Below, in pieces: positions 28,566-42,565 of a DNA stretch of 64,000 nucleotides. The notes under the pieces are model-generated. The model was not told the origin of the DNA. It made no database searches and was given only the letters and a program-made list of their open reading frames with translations. Within the stretch, counting starts at the first letter, position 1. Each line of letters starts with the position of its first letter. The translations under genes were made by a program, and so were the position numbers. Origin of the DNA: Eledone cirrhosa (taxonomy: Eukaryota). Where the stretch lies: positions 14,384,001 to 14,448,000 of the forward strand of contig OZ024754.1 of the NCBI GenBank assembly GCA_964016885.1, given 5' to 3'.

Positions 28566-29317
28566 CATATATATTTGAATCATCTACCATGCAATCTTTG
28601 AAGAACCAATGGTGTTCTGCTATGACAAAACGTCGACTACCTTAGCAACTGTGTGCTATGACTAATATACCATATTATGTGTAATATCATTCCTCCATAT
28701 CCTTTACCTGGCAATATTGGAACAGATCGATAATGACATCTGACTTCGAATACCTCATTAACATCCAATCACTACCGTTTGTATTCTCTGAGTCAATAAA
28801 AAGTTCCACGACATTACTTCAGCCCGAATTCATCATCAGGTGTAACTCACCTTTTATTTATAAAAAAAAAAAAAAAAAAAAAATGCAAAACCTTCCTTCT
28901 TTGATAGATATAAGCTGAAAAAACTAACCTGTTGTCTGTAGATATCAATATATATTGATTTCTTTTCAAAATCACACATGGTGAGTCCAATTTGATGACT
29001 CAATGCTAATTGTGTTAGAGTTAAGTTGTACATAATCGATTGAGTTCGAACACTGTACATTGCAAAATCAATAAAAGACACAATATATCTTTGTAAGAAT
29101 TGAACTCACAACGTTGACTGAGAAAGGGAAATACCGCAAGACATTTTGTCCTATTCTATAAACTTTTTTATTTGATTAAATAACGCACACACAGACATAC
29201 AGACACACACTCACATACAAGCACACACATACATACACACACAGACATATACACACACATTCATTAGTCACGCAGTTGAGTCAAAGAAATTGTATTTGTA
29301 TATACGTTTCTGAAAAC

Positions 29318-29363
<46 letters not shown>

Positions 29364-29375
29364 TATATATATATG

Positions 29376-29419
<44 letters not shown>

Positions 29420-29439
29420 TATATATATGTATATATATG

Positions 29440-29490
<51 letters not shown>

Positions 29491-29542
29491 GTATATATAT
29501 ATATGTATATATATATGTATATATATATATGTGTATATATAT

Positions 29543-29678
<136 letters not shown>

Positions 29679-29949
29679 AATGCATGTATCTATGAATGGA
29701 TTTCGTATTTTACTTATTATAGTCTCTCTTTCACATACACATTTAGACACATACATACTCACTTACACACACACACGCACATACATACACACACACATAC
29801 ATACATACATGCCCCCCCCCCCATATATATATATATATATATATACAGTGTATGACTTTAATGTAGGGTATAGAACATATCTTCAAATTACTTGTGTTCT
29901 GAATTTAACAGAATCTACTTCTTGGTGTTTATTGCAACATCGACGGCGA

Positions 29950-30860
29950 GGGTGGTGGTGATGATGGTGATGGTGGTGGTGATGGTGGTGGTGGTGATGG
30001 TGATGGTGGTGATGGTGATGGTGATGATGATGGTGGTGGTGGTGATGATGGAGATGGTGATGGTGGTGATGATGGTGATGGTGATGGTGGTGATGATTGT
30101 GATGGTGGTGGTGGTGATGATGGTGATGGTGATGGTGATGATGGTGATGGTGATGGTGGTGGTGATGGTGATGGTGTTGATGATGATGGTGATGATGGTG
30201 ATGATGATGGTGATGGTGATGATGATGATGGTGATGGTGATGATGGTGATGGTGATGGTGATGATGGTGATGGTGATGGTGATGGTGATGGTGATGGTGA
30301 TGATGATGGTGATGATGATGGTGATGATGATGGTGATGGTGATGGTGATGGTGGTGATGATGATGGTGATGATGGTGGTGATGGTGATGGTGATGATGGT
30401 GATGGTGATGATGGTGATGGTGATGATGGTGGTGGTGATGGTGATGATGGTGATGGTGATGATGGTGGTGATGGTGATGGTGATGATGGTGATGGTGATG
30501 ATGGTGGTGGTGATGATGGTGATGGTGATGGTGATGGTGGTGGTGATGGTGATGGTGATGATGGTGATGGCGATGATGATGATGGTGATGGTGATGGTGA
30601 TGATGATGACGACGATGATGATAATGATGATGTTGATGGTGATGATGACAATAACGATAGTGATAATGATGAATGTTGAAGATGATGATAAAGATGATGT
30701 TGATGATGATGATGATAATGGTGATGGCGATGATGATGATGATGATGACGACGATGATGATGATCGTGATGACTCACGGTGGTGTTGGTGGTGGTGGTGG
30801 TGTAAGTGGTGGAGGGGATAATGGTGATGATGGTAGCGGTGGTGGTAGTAGCGGTGGAGG

Positions 30861-30894
<34 letters not shown>

Positions 30895-30910
30895 GTTCAT
30901 GACGATGAAG
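29950..30910. repeat. (ATG/GTG)n trinucleotide repeat
   Basis: Low complexity. Confidence 0.92.
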
Positions 30911-31109
30911 AGAATAGTGTGATGACGACTGCGACGTCGAAGGAGAAGATTTAATTATTATTTTACTCTTCTTTAACGTTTATAACAAAAGTTGGAGCTA
31001 AGTTGGTGATGAAATTAATTTGTTACATCTGGAATGTACAGATGTACAGATGTACCAGACGTTCTCTTCTGAATTAACTTATTTGGCTCTCTTTCTCTAC
31101 ATTCCAATC

Positions 31110-31858
31110 TCCATGTACCTCCAATCACAAGGTGCCTGTCATTACAATTTACCCCCCATCACAAGGTGCCTGTCATTACAATTCACCCCCAATCACAAGG
31201 TGCCTGTCATTACAATTTACCTCCAATCATAATCTACCTATCATTTCATTTTACCTCCAATCATAATCTACCTATCATTACAATTTACCTCCAATTATAA
31301 TCTACTTGCCATTACAATTTACCTCCAATTATAATCTACCTATCATTACAATTTACCTCCAATCATAATCTACCTATCATTACAATTTACCTCCAATCAC
31401 AAGGTGCCTTTCATTACAATTTACCTCCAATCATAATCTACCTGTCATTATAATTTACCTCCAATCATAATCTACCTATCATTTCAATTTACCTCCAATC
31501 ATAATCTACCTGTCATTACAATTTACCTCCAATTATAATCTACCTATCATTACAATTTACCTCCAATTATAATCTACCTATCATTACAATTTACCTCCAA
31601 TTATAATCTACTTGCCATTACAATTTACCTCCAATTATAATCTACCTATCATTACAATTTACCTCCAATTATAATCTACCTATCATTACAATTTACCTCC
31701 AATCATAATCTACCAATCATTACAATTTACCTCCAATTATAATCTACTTGCCATTACAATTTACCTCCAATCATAATCTACCTATCATTTCAATTTACCT
31801 CCAATCACAAGGTACCTATCATTTCAATATACCTCCAATCACAAGGTACCTATCATTT
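31110..31858. repeat. Minisatellite, 34-bp unit
   Basis: Repeated CAATTTACCTCCAATCATAATCTACCTATCATTA. Confidence 0.92.
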
Positions 31859-31984
31859 AGCAAATGCTAAATGCAGAGTTTAACATTTTGGCCAATCTGT
31901 TAGCGACGAGGTTGGCACTTGTCGTCAGTGGTCTGTTAGGGGAGGTGCAAACATCCTGAACAGATCCATCCATGACAACCTCCA

Positions 31985-32554
31985 CCTCATACGAGTATTG
32001 CTGTCTTGTGGATTTATGTCGAACACCTTCTGTCATGTGTAAAACGGATCCGGCTAACAGCTAAGACCACCGTGGAGATCGCCTTGCCGGCTTCCTTTAG
32101 CCAGGTAGGACAGGCAGTTTTTATCTGCCTGGTGGCAAAGGCGAAAGATGCAGTGAGGTGGACACATTTGAAAGTTCTGATTAACTTTTTCAGGTTTTAC
32201 CTGAAGAGGAAAATGAGGTTGGAGAGGGAAATGTTGCCTTCCAAGTAGTTTGTTGAAAGGTGGGTGAGAGTGGGGAGCGTGGCCCGAGTGAAATGGCCTG
32301 CTATGAATGTGTACCCGTAAAAAGGAGAAGGACAACTGGGAGAGGGTATTTGCCCTTACGATCTATGGCTTGTTTTGGGCTTTCGCTATGTTTCACCCTC
32401 GTCGGTCTCTCCTGCTTTTGTTGAATTCGTTATGTTTGATTGTTTAAATGTTTTTTTTTTAGTTTTTGTTATAACCAACTTTTACACCCCAAAACCCACA
32501 CCATGTCGTCTTTATTGTCTGCTTAATGTCAGCCATGTGTTGCTAATAAAGAAA
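31985..32554 (+). mobile_element. Tx1 LINE 3' fragment, degenerate
   Basis: Translates as LWIYVEHLLS..VFICLVA..FFRFYLKRKMRLER and ends in CTAATAAAGAAA. Confidence 0.8.
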
Positions 32555-32559
32555 CGACC

Positions 32560-32970
32560 CCTTCACGTTTTGAGTTCAATCCCGTCGAGGTTATCTTTCT
32601 CTTTCATCCTAACGGGCTGGAAAGTACCAGTAACGCACTTGGGTCGATTTAATCGACTTTCCCCTCCTCCAAATTGCTGGCCTTGTGCCTAAATGAGAAA
32701 CCATTATTATTATTTCATCCTTACGGGGTCGATAAAATTACGTACCAGTAATGCACTGGGTAATTGCTGGCCTTGTGCCTAAAGTAGAAACGATTAATAT
32801 TATTTTATATATAAGGGCGGTGAATTGGCAGTATCGGTAAAGGATCGAACATGCTTTCCAGCATAGTTACGTCCCTTTACGATCCGAGTTCAAATCCCGC
32901 CGAGGTTAACTTTGCCTTTCATCCTTACGGGGTCGATAAAAATAAAGTACCAGTAATGTATTGGGTAATT
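32560..32970 (+). mobile_element. SINE cluster
   Basis: Two to three copies or fragments of the SINE core. Confidence 0.8.
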
Positions 32971-32997
32971 GATATATATATATATATATATATATAT

Positions 32998-33322
32998 AAT
33001 GGTGTGGGATTCTTAAAGCGTCCGTAAGCGCTATGCCGTTTGAGCACTCGATGCTCTTACAGAGCAGGGTATGACATCACAAAAGAAACGGAGAATCAGT
33101 GGTGCGACGAATAAAAATTTATTAGACATATTACAATCGTTTCCAAAAATTTTTGGAAACTCTGCTTCGTAGAATCGAGACGTATCTCACGACCTTGCGA
33201 TTTCAGAGTCAGGTTCGATCATTACATCGATCGTGCCTGGAGCTGCTCGCCAGAGAAACGATTGTAATATGTCTAATAAATTTTATTCGTCGCAACATTG
33301 ATTCTCCGTTTCTTATGTGATA
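32998..33322. mobile_element. Family H fold-back element in (TA)n
   Basis: Inverted repeat 33075-33144 / 33255-33322 carrying GAAA-CGATTGTAATATG-TC-TAATAAA. Confidence 0.55.
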
Positions 33323-34016
33323 TATATATATATTTGTTTGTTATTGTACTAAATGTAAAGCCCCCACACTGGTTTTGGAATTTGCCCTTATAACGTCCTC
33401 CATACGCCGCCTCCGCCGCCTTTATGGCAATAAAATAAATTATTACTATTAAATTGTTGTTGTTGTTGTTGTTGTTATGAGAAGATGGAGAGAGGTGTAT
33501 GAAGATGAGGACATGCGGTATTAGGATGTGATGAGAAAATACAGAATGTGAAGGAGTAGAAGAAATTCAGGGAAGATTTAATTAGGAAAACAACGTTGTT
33601 ATTGGTATTCTTCAATTGAAACAACTGAAACAACAACAATAGAGAGGGGGGGGGGGGGGGGGGCGAACGGGGGGGGGGGGGGGGGCAAAAAAAAAGAAAG
33701 AATGGAAGTAAAAAAAAAACCAAAACAAAAACCCAAAACAATACAAATAAATAAAAGAATGAAAGAGGCGCCGGGAAAATTAGTTTTCAATATTAGCTTT
33801 AAGATGTTCTCGCCGCGAACTAACTGAATATCCCACAGCTACTCACACTAATCTACGACTCCGCCGCCATTTTGCCAGCTGACTATTTTTCGGCCACCCG
33901 CAATTGCGGCATCTGCTGTAGCGATTGGAGAAAATATTTGAAAAAACCTTTGGGAACCAACTCGTATGAAGCTGGGTTCATCTCTCACAGACATACACAA
34001 TCTATCTATCTATCTG

Positions 34017-34055
<39 letters not shown>

Positions 34056-34056
34056 G

Positions 34057-34135
<79 letters not shown>

Positions 34136-34138
34136 ATG

Positions 34139-34177
34139 TCCCCTTTTCTTCTTGCGCCCTTGTGGCTAATAAAGAAA
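34139..34177 (+). mobile_element. Solo ~40-bp Tx1 3' tip inside (TATC)n
   Basis: GTCCCC..GCGCCCTTGTGGCTAATAAAGAAA flanked by TCTA repeats. Confidence 0.75.
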
Positions 34178-34193
34178 TCTATCTATCTATCTA

Positions 34194-34261
<68 letters not shown>

Positions 34262-34310
34262 TCTATCTATCTCTCTATCTCTCTCTCTATCTATCTATCT
34301 ATCTCTCTGT

Positions 34311-34342
<32 letters not shown>

Positions 34343-34349
34343 CTCTATC

Positions 34350-34396
<47 letters not shown>

Positions 34397-34558
34397 CTAT
34401 CTATCTATCTCTCTATCTATCTTTCCGCCCATCTACCTACTTACCCACCTACCTATCTATCTTCCTACCTCTCCCCTCTCTCTCTCTCTCTCTATCTACC
34501 TATCTATCCATCTACCTACCCACCTACTTACCTATCTACCTATCTACCTATCGCCGCC

Positions 34559-34617
<59 letters not shown>

Positions 34618-34939
34618 CTATTTATCTATTTATCTCTCCTCCTATTTCTGTCTGATAATTAGGCCTATATAATGTGTTTGTTCCTTTGACGAGTTAGATT
34701 TCCTTTGAAATATTTCCATAGCCGTCAAATATGTTTTTCTCTCTCACATCCTCTTTAGACTAGAGATAAACATCCACTGAGCATAATGTTATCATCCTCT
34801 ATTCCCACTGATAGTCTATCTCTATATTTACGCCGTTGATATCCTCCAGAACCTCATACAAATACATTTCCTACTACTTTATAATTTTGTAACATTGCCC
34901 GAATGAAGAGAACCAATTGATATTACAACATCACAATAA

Positions 34940-35345
34940 CATGCTTTACGGCATAGAGTTACAACCCTTTACGTTCTGAGTTTTAATCCCGCCGAGGTTA
35001 GCTTTGACTTTCATCCTTACGGGGTCGATAAAATAAAATACCAGTAACGCACTGGGATCAATTTAATCTCGACTTTTCCCTCCCCACAAGTGTTGGACTT
35101 ACGATAATAATATATGGGTTCGATTCCTGAGCTTGGTTGTGTGTTGTGTTCTTGAGCAAAAATACTTCATTTCACGTTGTTCAAATATACTTAGTTGAAA
35201 ATAAGTACCAGCAATAGCTGGGGGTTTAAACCTGCGATGGAATGGCGTCCTGTCCAGAGGGAAGTCTGGTACTCTTAGTCGCTTCATGCCACGAAGAACT
35301 GGGATAAGCACTAGCTCAACGCGCTGCTTGCAGTGCTCGAGGGCA
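34940..35345 (+). mobile_element. SINE (Nin-like) followed by a second SINE family (CORE/V-like central domain)
   Basis: SINE core at 34975-35055, then GGGTTCGATTCC..GTGTTCTTGAGCAAAA..CCTGCGATGGAATGGCGTCCTGTCCAG. Confidence 0.7.
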
Positions 35346-35729
35346 TGCATGCATATATAATAAACATACACCAGTCTCGCTATGAAAGTTTTCAGCTGTG
35401 ATCATGTCATAATTTTCTCAGTAATCGTGTCTAAACTACGAAAGATATCTGCATAGACTTGTTAGACATGTAGAGAGATAGAGGATTACAAAGATCTTAG
35501 CTTCTTTCCAGCTGTCATCATTTATCGTACTTTTGATTAGGGTTTTGTTTTTTAAATGCCAAGTAACGGACTGGGGTGGATTTAATCGACCCTCACCCCC
35601 TCCAAAATTATTGGCTTGTGTCTAAATCAAAAACCATTAATGAGAAAGTTATATTACTAAATCCACTTAAATTCTTGGTTATTTTCAAAAAACTATTTCA
35701 AACACATAGGTAATGTTTTTCTCTAGAAA

Positions 35730-36436
35730 TATTGGTTTCTTATATAGACACAAGGCCAACAATTTTGGAGGAGGGGGAAAGTCGATTAAATCGACACCAG
35801 TGCGTTACTGGTACTATCTTTTATCGAAGGATGAAAGGCATAGCTAAACTCAGTGGGATTTGAACCCAGAACGTAAAAGGACGTAACTCTATGCCTTAAA
35901 GCATGTTGTTGGACGCTCTACCGGTACTGCTAATCCACCGTCCTTTTCATTTGAAATATTGGTAAGGAAGGAGGTTAGTCTATTGCACTTTTACTGACAG
36001 TTGACACATCATGCTGTAGTCCATCCATGTTATAATAGCGTCAACTAACTAAATGCCATAACTCTCTTGATTTTCACCAATGGGGAAATGTCAATTTATT
36101 ACAACATACTTGTTTCTACTTTAGGCACAAGGCCAGCAATTACCCAGTTCATTACTGGTATTTTATTTTATCGACCCCGTAAGGATGAAAGGCAAAGTCA
36201 ACCTCGGCGGGATTTGAACTCAGATCGTAAAGAGACGTAACTATGCTGGAAAGCATAGCGTCCGACCAATCCACCTTTGAAATATTGGTAAGGAAGGAGG
36301 TTAGTCTATTGCACTTTTACTGACAGTTGACACAACATGCTGTAGTCCATCCATGTTATAATAGCGTCAACTAACTAAATACCATAACTCTCTTGATTTT
36401 CACCAATGGGGAAATGTTAATTTATTACAACATACT
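35730..36436 (-). mobile_element. Two SINEs, the second flanked by a 160-bp direct repeat
   Basis: SINEs at 35730-35945 and 36111-36276. Direct repeat at 35951-36110 / 36277-36436. Confidence 0.8.
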
Positions 36437-36659
36437 GATGTAATATTCCTCCTGACTTATACAGTACCTTTCCAACAGTACATAGTGTAGGCAACCCTCC
36501 CTTGGGTACCGATTCACAGCCACATTGACTGGGCTGTTGAATATTTAGGGTCTTTGTTAGAAGTAGCAGCATGTAGTGCAGAAGTCACGCTAGAATCACC
36601 GGAAATTGACTGTCTGTCTCTCTATCTTTCTTCCAGGGAGTAATCTGTCTCTGTCACCC

Positions 36660-36700
<41 letters not shown>

Positions 36701-36704
<4 letters not shown>

Positions 36705-36923
36705 AAAAAGTATGACCCCGACGGCAGAGCTCAAGCCGTTTCGACGGCTATTTCTGGACTAAATTGAATTTAAAAAAAATTCTAATTTAGTCAAGAAATA
36801 GCCGTCGAAACGGCTTGAGCTCTCCCGTCGGGGTCATACTTTTTCCTATTTCCCACTCTACTACCCTAAGTATTGAGTACTCTGGTGCGTTATGGTCCAT
36901 CTGGTTCCTTACCACAATTCCTT

Positions 36924-36928
<5 letters not shown>
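36701..36928 (+). mobile_element. Family B fold-back element (longest copy)
   Basis: Palindrome 36701-36849 centred on an AT hairpin, carrying GAAA-CGGC-TTGAGCTCT-CCCG-TC-GGGG, then a tail running into (TA)n. Confidence 0.75.
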
Positions 36929-36977
<49 letters not shown>

Positions 36978-36985
<8 letters not shown>

Positions 36986-37160
36986 AATGGCTTCTACAGA
37001 ACTTGGACTGTTTCATTCGGTGAAAATCACCAGGAAAGCTTGATTTCCTCCGAATGAAACAGTTCTAGTCCCGTAGAAGCCATTTCTATATTAAATATTT
37101 ATACTCTGCTATGTATTGAGTACCTTACTTACTGTGGCTACCTCCGATTGAACCCGGGAT
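36978..37160 (+). mobile_element. Family A fold-back element
   Basis: Inverted repeat 36978-37035 / 37040-37093 centred on AAGCTT, plus the family A tail. Confidence 0.75.
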
Positions 37161-37217
<57 letters not shown>

Positions 37218-37229
37218 CACATACATACA

Positions 37230-37265
<36 letters not shown>

Positions 37266-37648
37266 TATATTCAATGTAAATTATAATCAAAGAGTATTTA
37301 ATCTTTCACACGTTTAATAACTAACCACCGTTTCATCGTAGCACAAGGCAAGATTAAATATTCTGATTATTATTTACATTGTATTTTGGCTTTGTAGTAG
37401 ACTTTATATATTACATCGAGTTATATTCATACTTGTAACTAGGTAATATTTAATATTACTCACCATATATATATATATAAATATATATATATAGTGTAGG
37501 TAGTACGGTGAAATACTGGTGTTGGTACCAAATAAAGCACCCTATGCACAGGCAGAGTATATATAATATAAAAAAAACGAAGAAGTTTCGTTTACACATG
37601 AAAAATATATATGAACAAAAATATATCTTATATATCTTTTGTCTCATC

Positions 37649-37740
37649 ACCAGTCTAAGAAGCAGATCGATACTGGAGTCGGGTCCATAACTCCTACCGG
37701 TCACCTTGAGCCAATCCTCTGCGAAACGCGCGTAACAGGT
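37649..37740 (+). ncRNA. Degenerate hammerhead with long stem II, inside inverted repeats
   Basis: ACCAGT-CTAAGAA-GCAGA...TCTGC-GAAA-CGCGCG-TA-ACAGGT. Flanked by the inverted repeat 37559-37612 / 37751-37806. Confidence 0.5.
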
Positions 37741-37893
37741 CGATACGCAATAAATATTTTTCATATGTAAACGAAACTTCCTCGTTGTTTCTATTATGTA
37801 TATATATCGCTCTGTATAATCAGCTCCTGATTATTACTGGAATTCTATAAGAATCCACCTTCTATAATTTTCGGCGGAAGCGGGGAGTGTGTG

Positions 37894-37932
37894 GCTCTGA
37901 TGATCGCCAACAGCGTGAAACAGACTGTTAGC
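37894..37932 (+). ncRNA. Minimal type I hammerhead ribozyme
   Basis: GCT-CTGATGA-TCGC-CAACA-GCGT-GAAA-CAG-A-CTG-TT-AGC. Confidence 0.7.
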
Positions 37933-38068
37933 TTCTCTCCCTTCTTTCTCCGAAAAGAAGTAAGTGACATAGTCACTACTTTAAAACCGATAGCGTATGG
38001 TCTTCAAAATGTTTTTAATTAAACATACGGTATATTGCCAAATATACTATACATACATTCATATATAT

Positions 38069-38130
<62 letters not shown>

Positions 38131-38175
38131 GTCCGTCCTTTTGTTTGTAAGTTTGTTTGTCTGTCTGTCTATCTA

Positions 38176-38889
38176 GGGCTGGTGGTTAGCAGGTGCGACG
38201 ACGCCCTCGGAGAAGCCCTAAGCATGGAGGAAGACGAACTGGCCAACCTGTTCGGTAGGATACTCGGGCATTGCAGATCTGTGGGGCTATGTCGAACGAC
38301 TGCTGTCAAGGGTGGGACCGATCCGGTTGACCACCGAGTCTATTGTAACGATCCAGCCGCCTCCCCTCTTCAAAAACGAAGGAGAGGCGGTGTTTCTGTG
38401 CGTAATAGCCATGGCGAAAGAGGTTGTATGGTGGACGCGTCTGAAAGGACTGAAGTCAGACACCTTTCTCCCTGGCCAACAACTGGTGCGTTTCTTCCGA
38501 TATCATTTCGGAAGAAGGATCAGGATGGAGAGAGAGGTACTGCACCCCAGCCGTTTTTATGAAAGATGGGTGAAAGTGGCGAGAATGGCCCGTGTGAATG
38601 GGCCTTCACTCTACATCAGACTATAGGTGGGGAAGATGAAAGACCAAGGGAGCACCCCCTCTCTGTGCTCCTGGGGAGAAGGGTGGCACACTTTTTCGGG
38701 GGGGGGCGACCCCACAAGACGCCTCCTCCCTATTGAGGATTTTGTTATTAAATTTATTTTTGTTATATTTTATATTTTATTTTTTATATCTTGTTATTGC
38801 CTCCTCCTTATTGAGGACGCCTTTTTATGTAAACTCCCTCCATTGTACTTGTCCCACTTTTTGATGCCCTGGTGGCAAATAAAAAGAAA
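38176..38889 (+). mobile_element. Tx1 LINE 3' fragment with internal deletion, in TCTA/TCTG repeats
   Basis: Translates as PIRLTTESIV..FFRYHFGRRIRMEREVLHPSRFYERWVKVARM. Confidence 0.85.
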
Positions 38890-39382
38890 GTTATCTATCT
38901 TTCTATCGGCATGTCTGTCTGTTTGCCTGTTTGCCTATCTGTCTGTCTGTCTGTCCGTCCACTCGTTCGTTTCTCTCTCCCTCTCATACATACATAATTC
39001 ACAAACGGAAGTGTTTCCATAATGAAGCAGGTGTTGTGTTCACGGCCGGATGCCTCTTGCTAGAACTCTCAGAGGCCTACATCTACCATAATACATCTCT
39101 GGTGTTTCACTCTTTGTTTATTTAGCTGTTCTCTTTGGCAAACTTTGATCTAACAGATGATCTAAACCATCTGGCCGCCAGGACAGGATGTCCATCTCTT
39201 TAGCCTGTGGTTTGCTCTCTGTCAGTAAAGGTCATTGTAGTGTTATTACATATTCCAGAATATTCACTGCCGTCTTATCTTGGACTTGTAGGAATGACCA
39301 CTTCCCTGTATTGTGTTTGTATTTCTAATCCTTTACGTGGATTTCACGTTGTTACATTAATCTCAGTGATTTTATACTGTTT

Positions 39383-39757
39383 ATGTATGTATGTATGTAT
39401 GTATGTATGTATGTATGTATGTATGTATGTATGTTTGTATGTATGTATGTATGTATGTATGTATTTATGTATGTATGTACGTATGTATATATGTATGTAC
39501 GTATGTATGTATGTATGTATGTATGTATGTATGTATGTATGTATGTATGTATGTATTTATGTATGTATGTATGTATATATGTATGTACGTATGTATGTAT
39601 GTATGTATGTATGTATGTATGTATGTATGTATGTATGTATGTATGTATGTATGTATGTATGTATGTATTTATTTATGTATGTATGTATGTATGTATGTAC
39701 GTATGTATGTATGTATGTATGTATTTATGTATGTATGTATGTATGTATGTATGTATG
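39383..39757. repeat. (TATG)n
   Basis: Tetranucleotide array. Confidence 0.95.
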
Positions 39758-39769
39758 TGAGCAAAGGCA

Positions 39770-40082
39770 ATGCATAAAGCCAGTCCCACTCTCTTAACCA
39801 AAATGATATTTACCAAAAAGAAGAACAAGTCAACATCATTGGATACCATCAGCTTCACGGCACAGGCATTGCTTTATATCTGGAGATCTCTCTGCACTTG
39901 TCATCACATGGTACCATGGGCCCAGCACTATGTGTCAATAAATGTCACAAGTGTAGTGTTTGTACCAGAGTTTTCAAGTCGCTGGCTGGACTAAAAAGTC
40001 ACACTTGTTCAGCGCATCAGTAGGGGTTCTCCTACATGGATATAAAGTAGTGGCCGTACTCGAAAACGAGTTGGCAGCCACC

Positions 40083-40085
<3 letters not shown>
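39770..40085 (+). mobile_element. RTE LINE 3' end with an inverted 5'-UTR piece
   Basis: C2H2 finger HKCSVCTRVFKSLAGLKSHTCSAHQ* (~39945-40023), then the terminal stem-loop CTCGAAAACGAG-TTGGCAGCCAC and (TATG)n. 39810-39855 is the inverse of 40208-40250. Confidence 0.75.
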
Positions 40086-40113
<28 letters not shown>

Positions 40114-40114
<1 letters not shown>

Positions 40115-40285
40115 CAGGTCACCAGTTGGTGCTACTGGTAACATGACCCCTTAGCCTTTGTCAAGGCAGAATTCTAGGAGAAGGTAAACTCTGATATAAC
40201 ACCTGCAATTCTGATGGTATCCAATGATGTTGACTTGTTCTTCTTTTTGGTAGTGGCCGTACTCGAAAACGAGTTGGCAGCCACA
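40114..40285 (+). mobile_element. Mini RTE derivative: 5'-UTR-like segment fused to the 3' terminus
   Basis: TCAGGTCAC..CTAGGAGAAGGTAAACTCTGA joined to GTAGTGGCCGTACTCGAAAACGAGTTGGCAGCCAC. (TATG)n lies on both sides. Confidence 0.6.
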
Positions 40286-40392
40286 ATGTATGTATGTATG
40301 TATTTATTTATGTATGTACGTATGTATATATGTATGTACGTATGCTTCTTTGTATGTATGTGCGCGTATATATGATATTTATATATATTTAA

Positions 40393-40462
<70 letters not shown>

Positions 40463-40599
40463 ACACACTCTCTCTCTCTCTCTCTCGCACAGATGCATAC
40501 GCACACACTCTCTAACATATGCACGCACATTACCCACTAAGCTTTTGTCGAGGTTTGTTTCTAACATTTGGGAGAAGAGGATATATTTTACCATTATAT

Positions 40600-41680
<1,081 letters not shown>

Positions 41681-41849
41681 TATATTTCTTGAATGAAATA
41701 TATTCAAGGAAGATTAATCATTTTTTAAAAGGTAATATTTGAAGCTCTAGTTACACTTTAATTAGTTACCTATCTAGCTGTGTGTGATTACACAGTTTAC
41801 AAATTATCCCCTGTGATTGTTTCATGTGTTTATTTTAAATATATATATA

Positions 41850-42172
41850 TGTCAATCAATTTCTCACTCTTAGTACGGCTGATACTTAAATATAAGTATG
41901 TATACGCACATACATATATGTATACAGACGTATGTATATATATACATGCACACATATATATATGTACGTATGGGTTTACCGAACGTTTATTATAATGTTC
42001 GGTTTGTTTGTAAACAAACAGCCCGAATTACGCCGTACAGTGTTCGGCAACCATCGTTGCCCTTTTGTTCAACACTGACACAGGAACGATGAACTAGTTT
42101 CTAGCTTATTAGCTGTCATCAGCACCGTATACCTTCCTGTCAGTTGATTGAACGCTTGAAAGTATATACTTT
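41850..42172 (-). mobile_element. Family F element with hammerhead at 42087-42127
   Basis: Minus strand: CGGTG-CTGATGA-CAGC-TAATAA-GCTA-GAAA-CTAG-TT-CATCG. Homologous to 4095-4420. Confidence 0.75.
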
Positions 42173-42189
42173 CGCCCTTGTATTATTAG

Positions 42190-42565
42190 GCGTCAGGCAC
42201 CATACTTTTCAACATAGAGTTATGGCCCTTTACGTTTTGAATTCAAATCCCGCCGAAGTTAACTTTGCCTTTCATCCTTACGGGGTTGATAAAATAAAGT
42301 ACCAGTAACGTACTGTGGTCAATTCAATCGACTTTCCCTTCCCCTCAAATTACTGGCCTTGTGCCTATACTAGAGATCACTGTGGATTGGCAGTATCGGT
42401 AGAGGGTCGGACGCCATGCTCTGCAGCAAAGAGTTACGGCCCTTGCTATGCTGAGTTCAAATCCCGCCGAGGTTCACTTTGCCTTTCATCCTTCGTGGGT
42501 CGATAAAATAAAGTACCAGTAATGCACTTGGATAATTGCTGGCCTTGTGCCAAAAAGTAGATATA
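42190..42565 (+). mobile_element. Two tandem SINEs
   Basis: SINE core present twice. Confidence 0.85.

Noticed and set aside
31110-31858. 34-bp periodic array as a CRISPR array (also 20125-21157 and 55118-56322)
   Set aside because: There are no unique spacers and no cas genes, and the context is eukaryotic.
33790-33960. CpG-richer patch with YY1-like CCGCCATTTT as a promoter
   Set aside because: It is a single short motif with no associated gene.
36701-37160. Families A and B as classical MITEs
   Set aside because: The inverted arms are asymmetric (one-sided tail), junctions vary per copy, and hammerhead motifs are present. This fits Penelope-type inversions better than TIRs.
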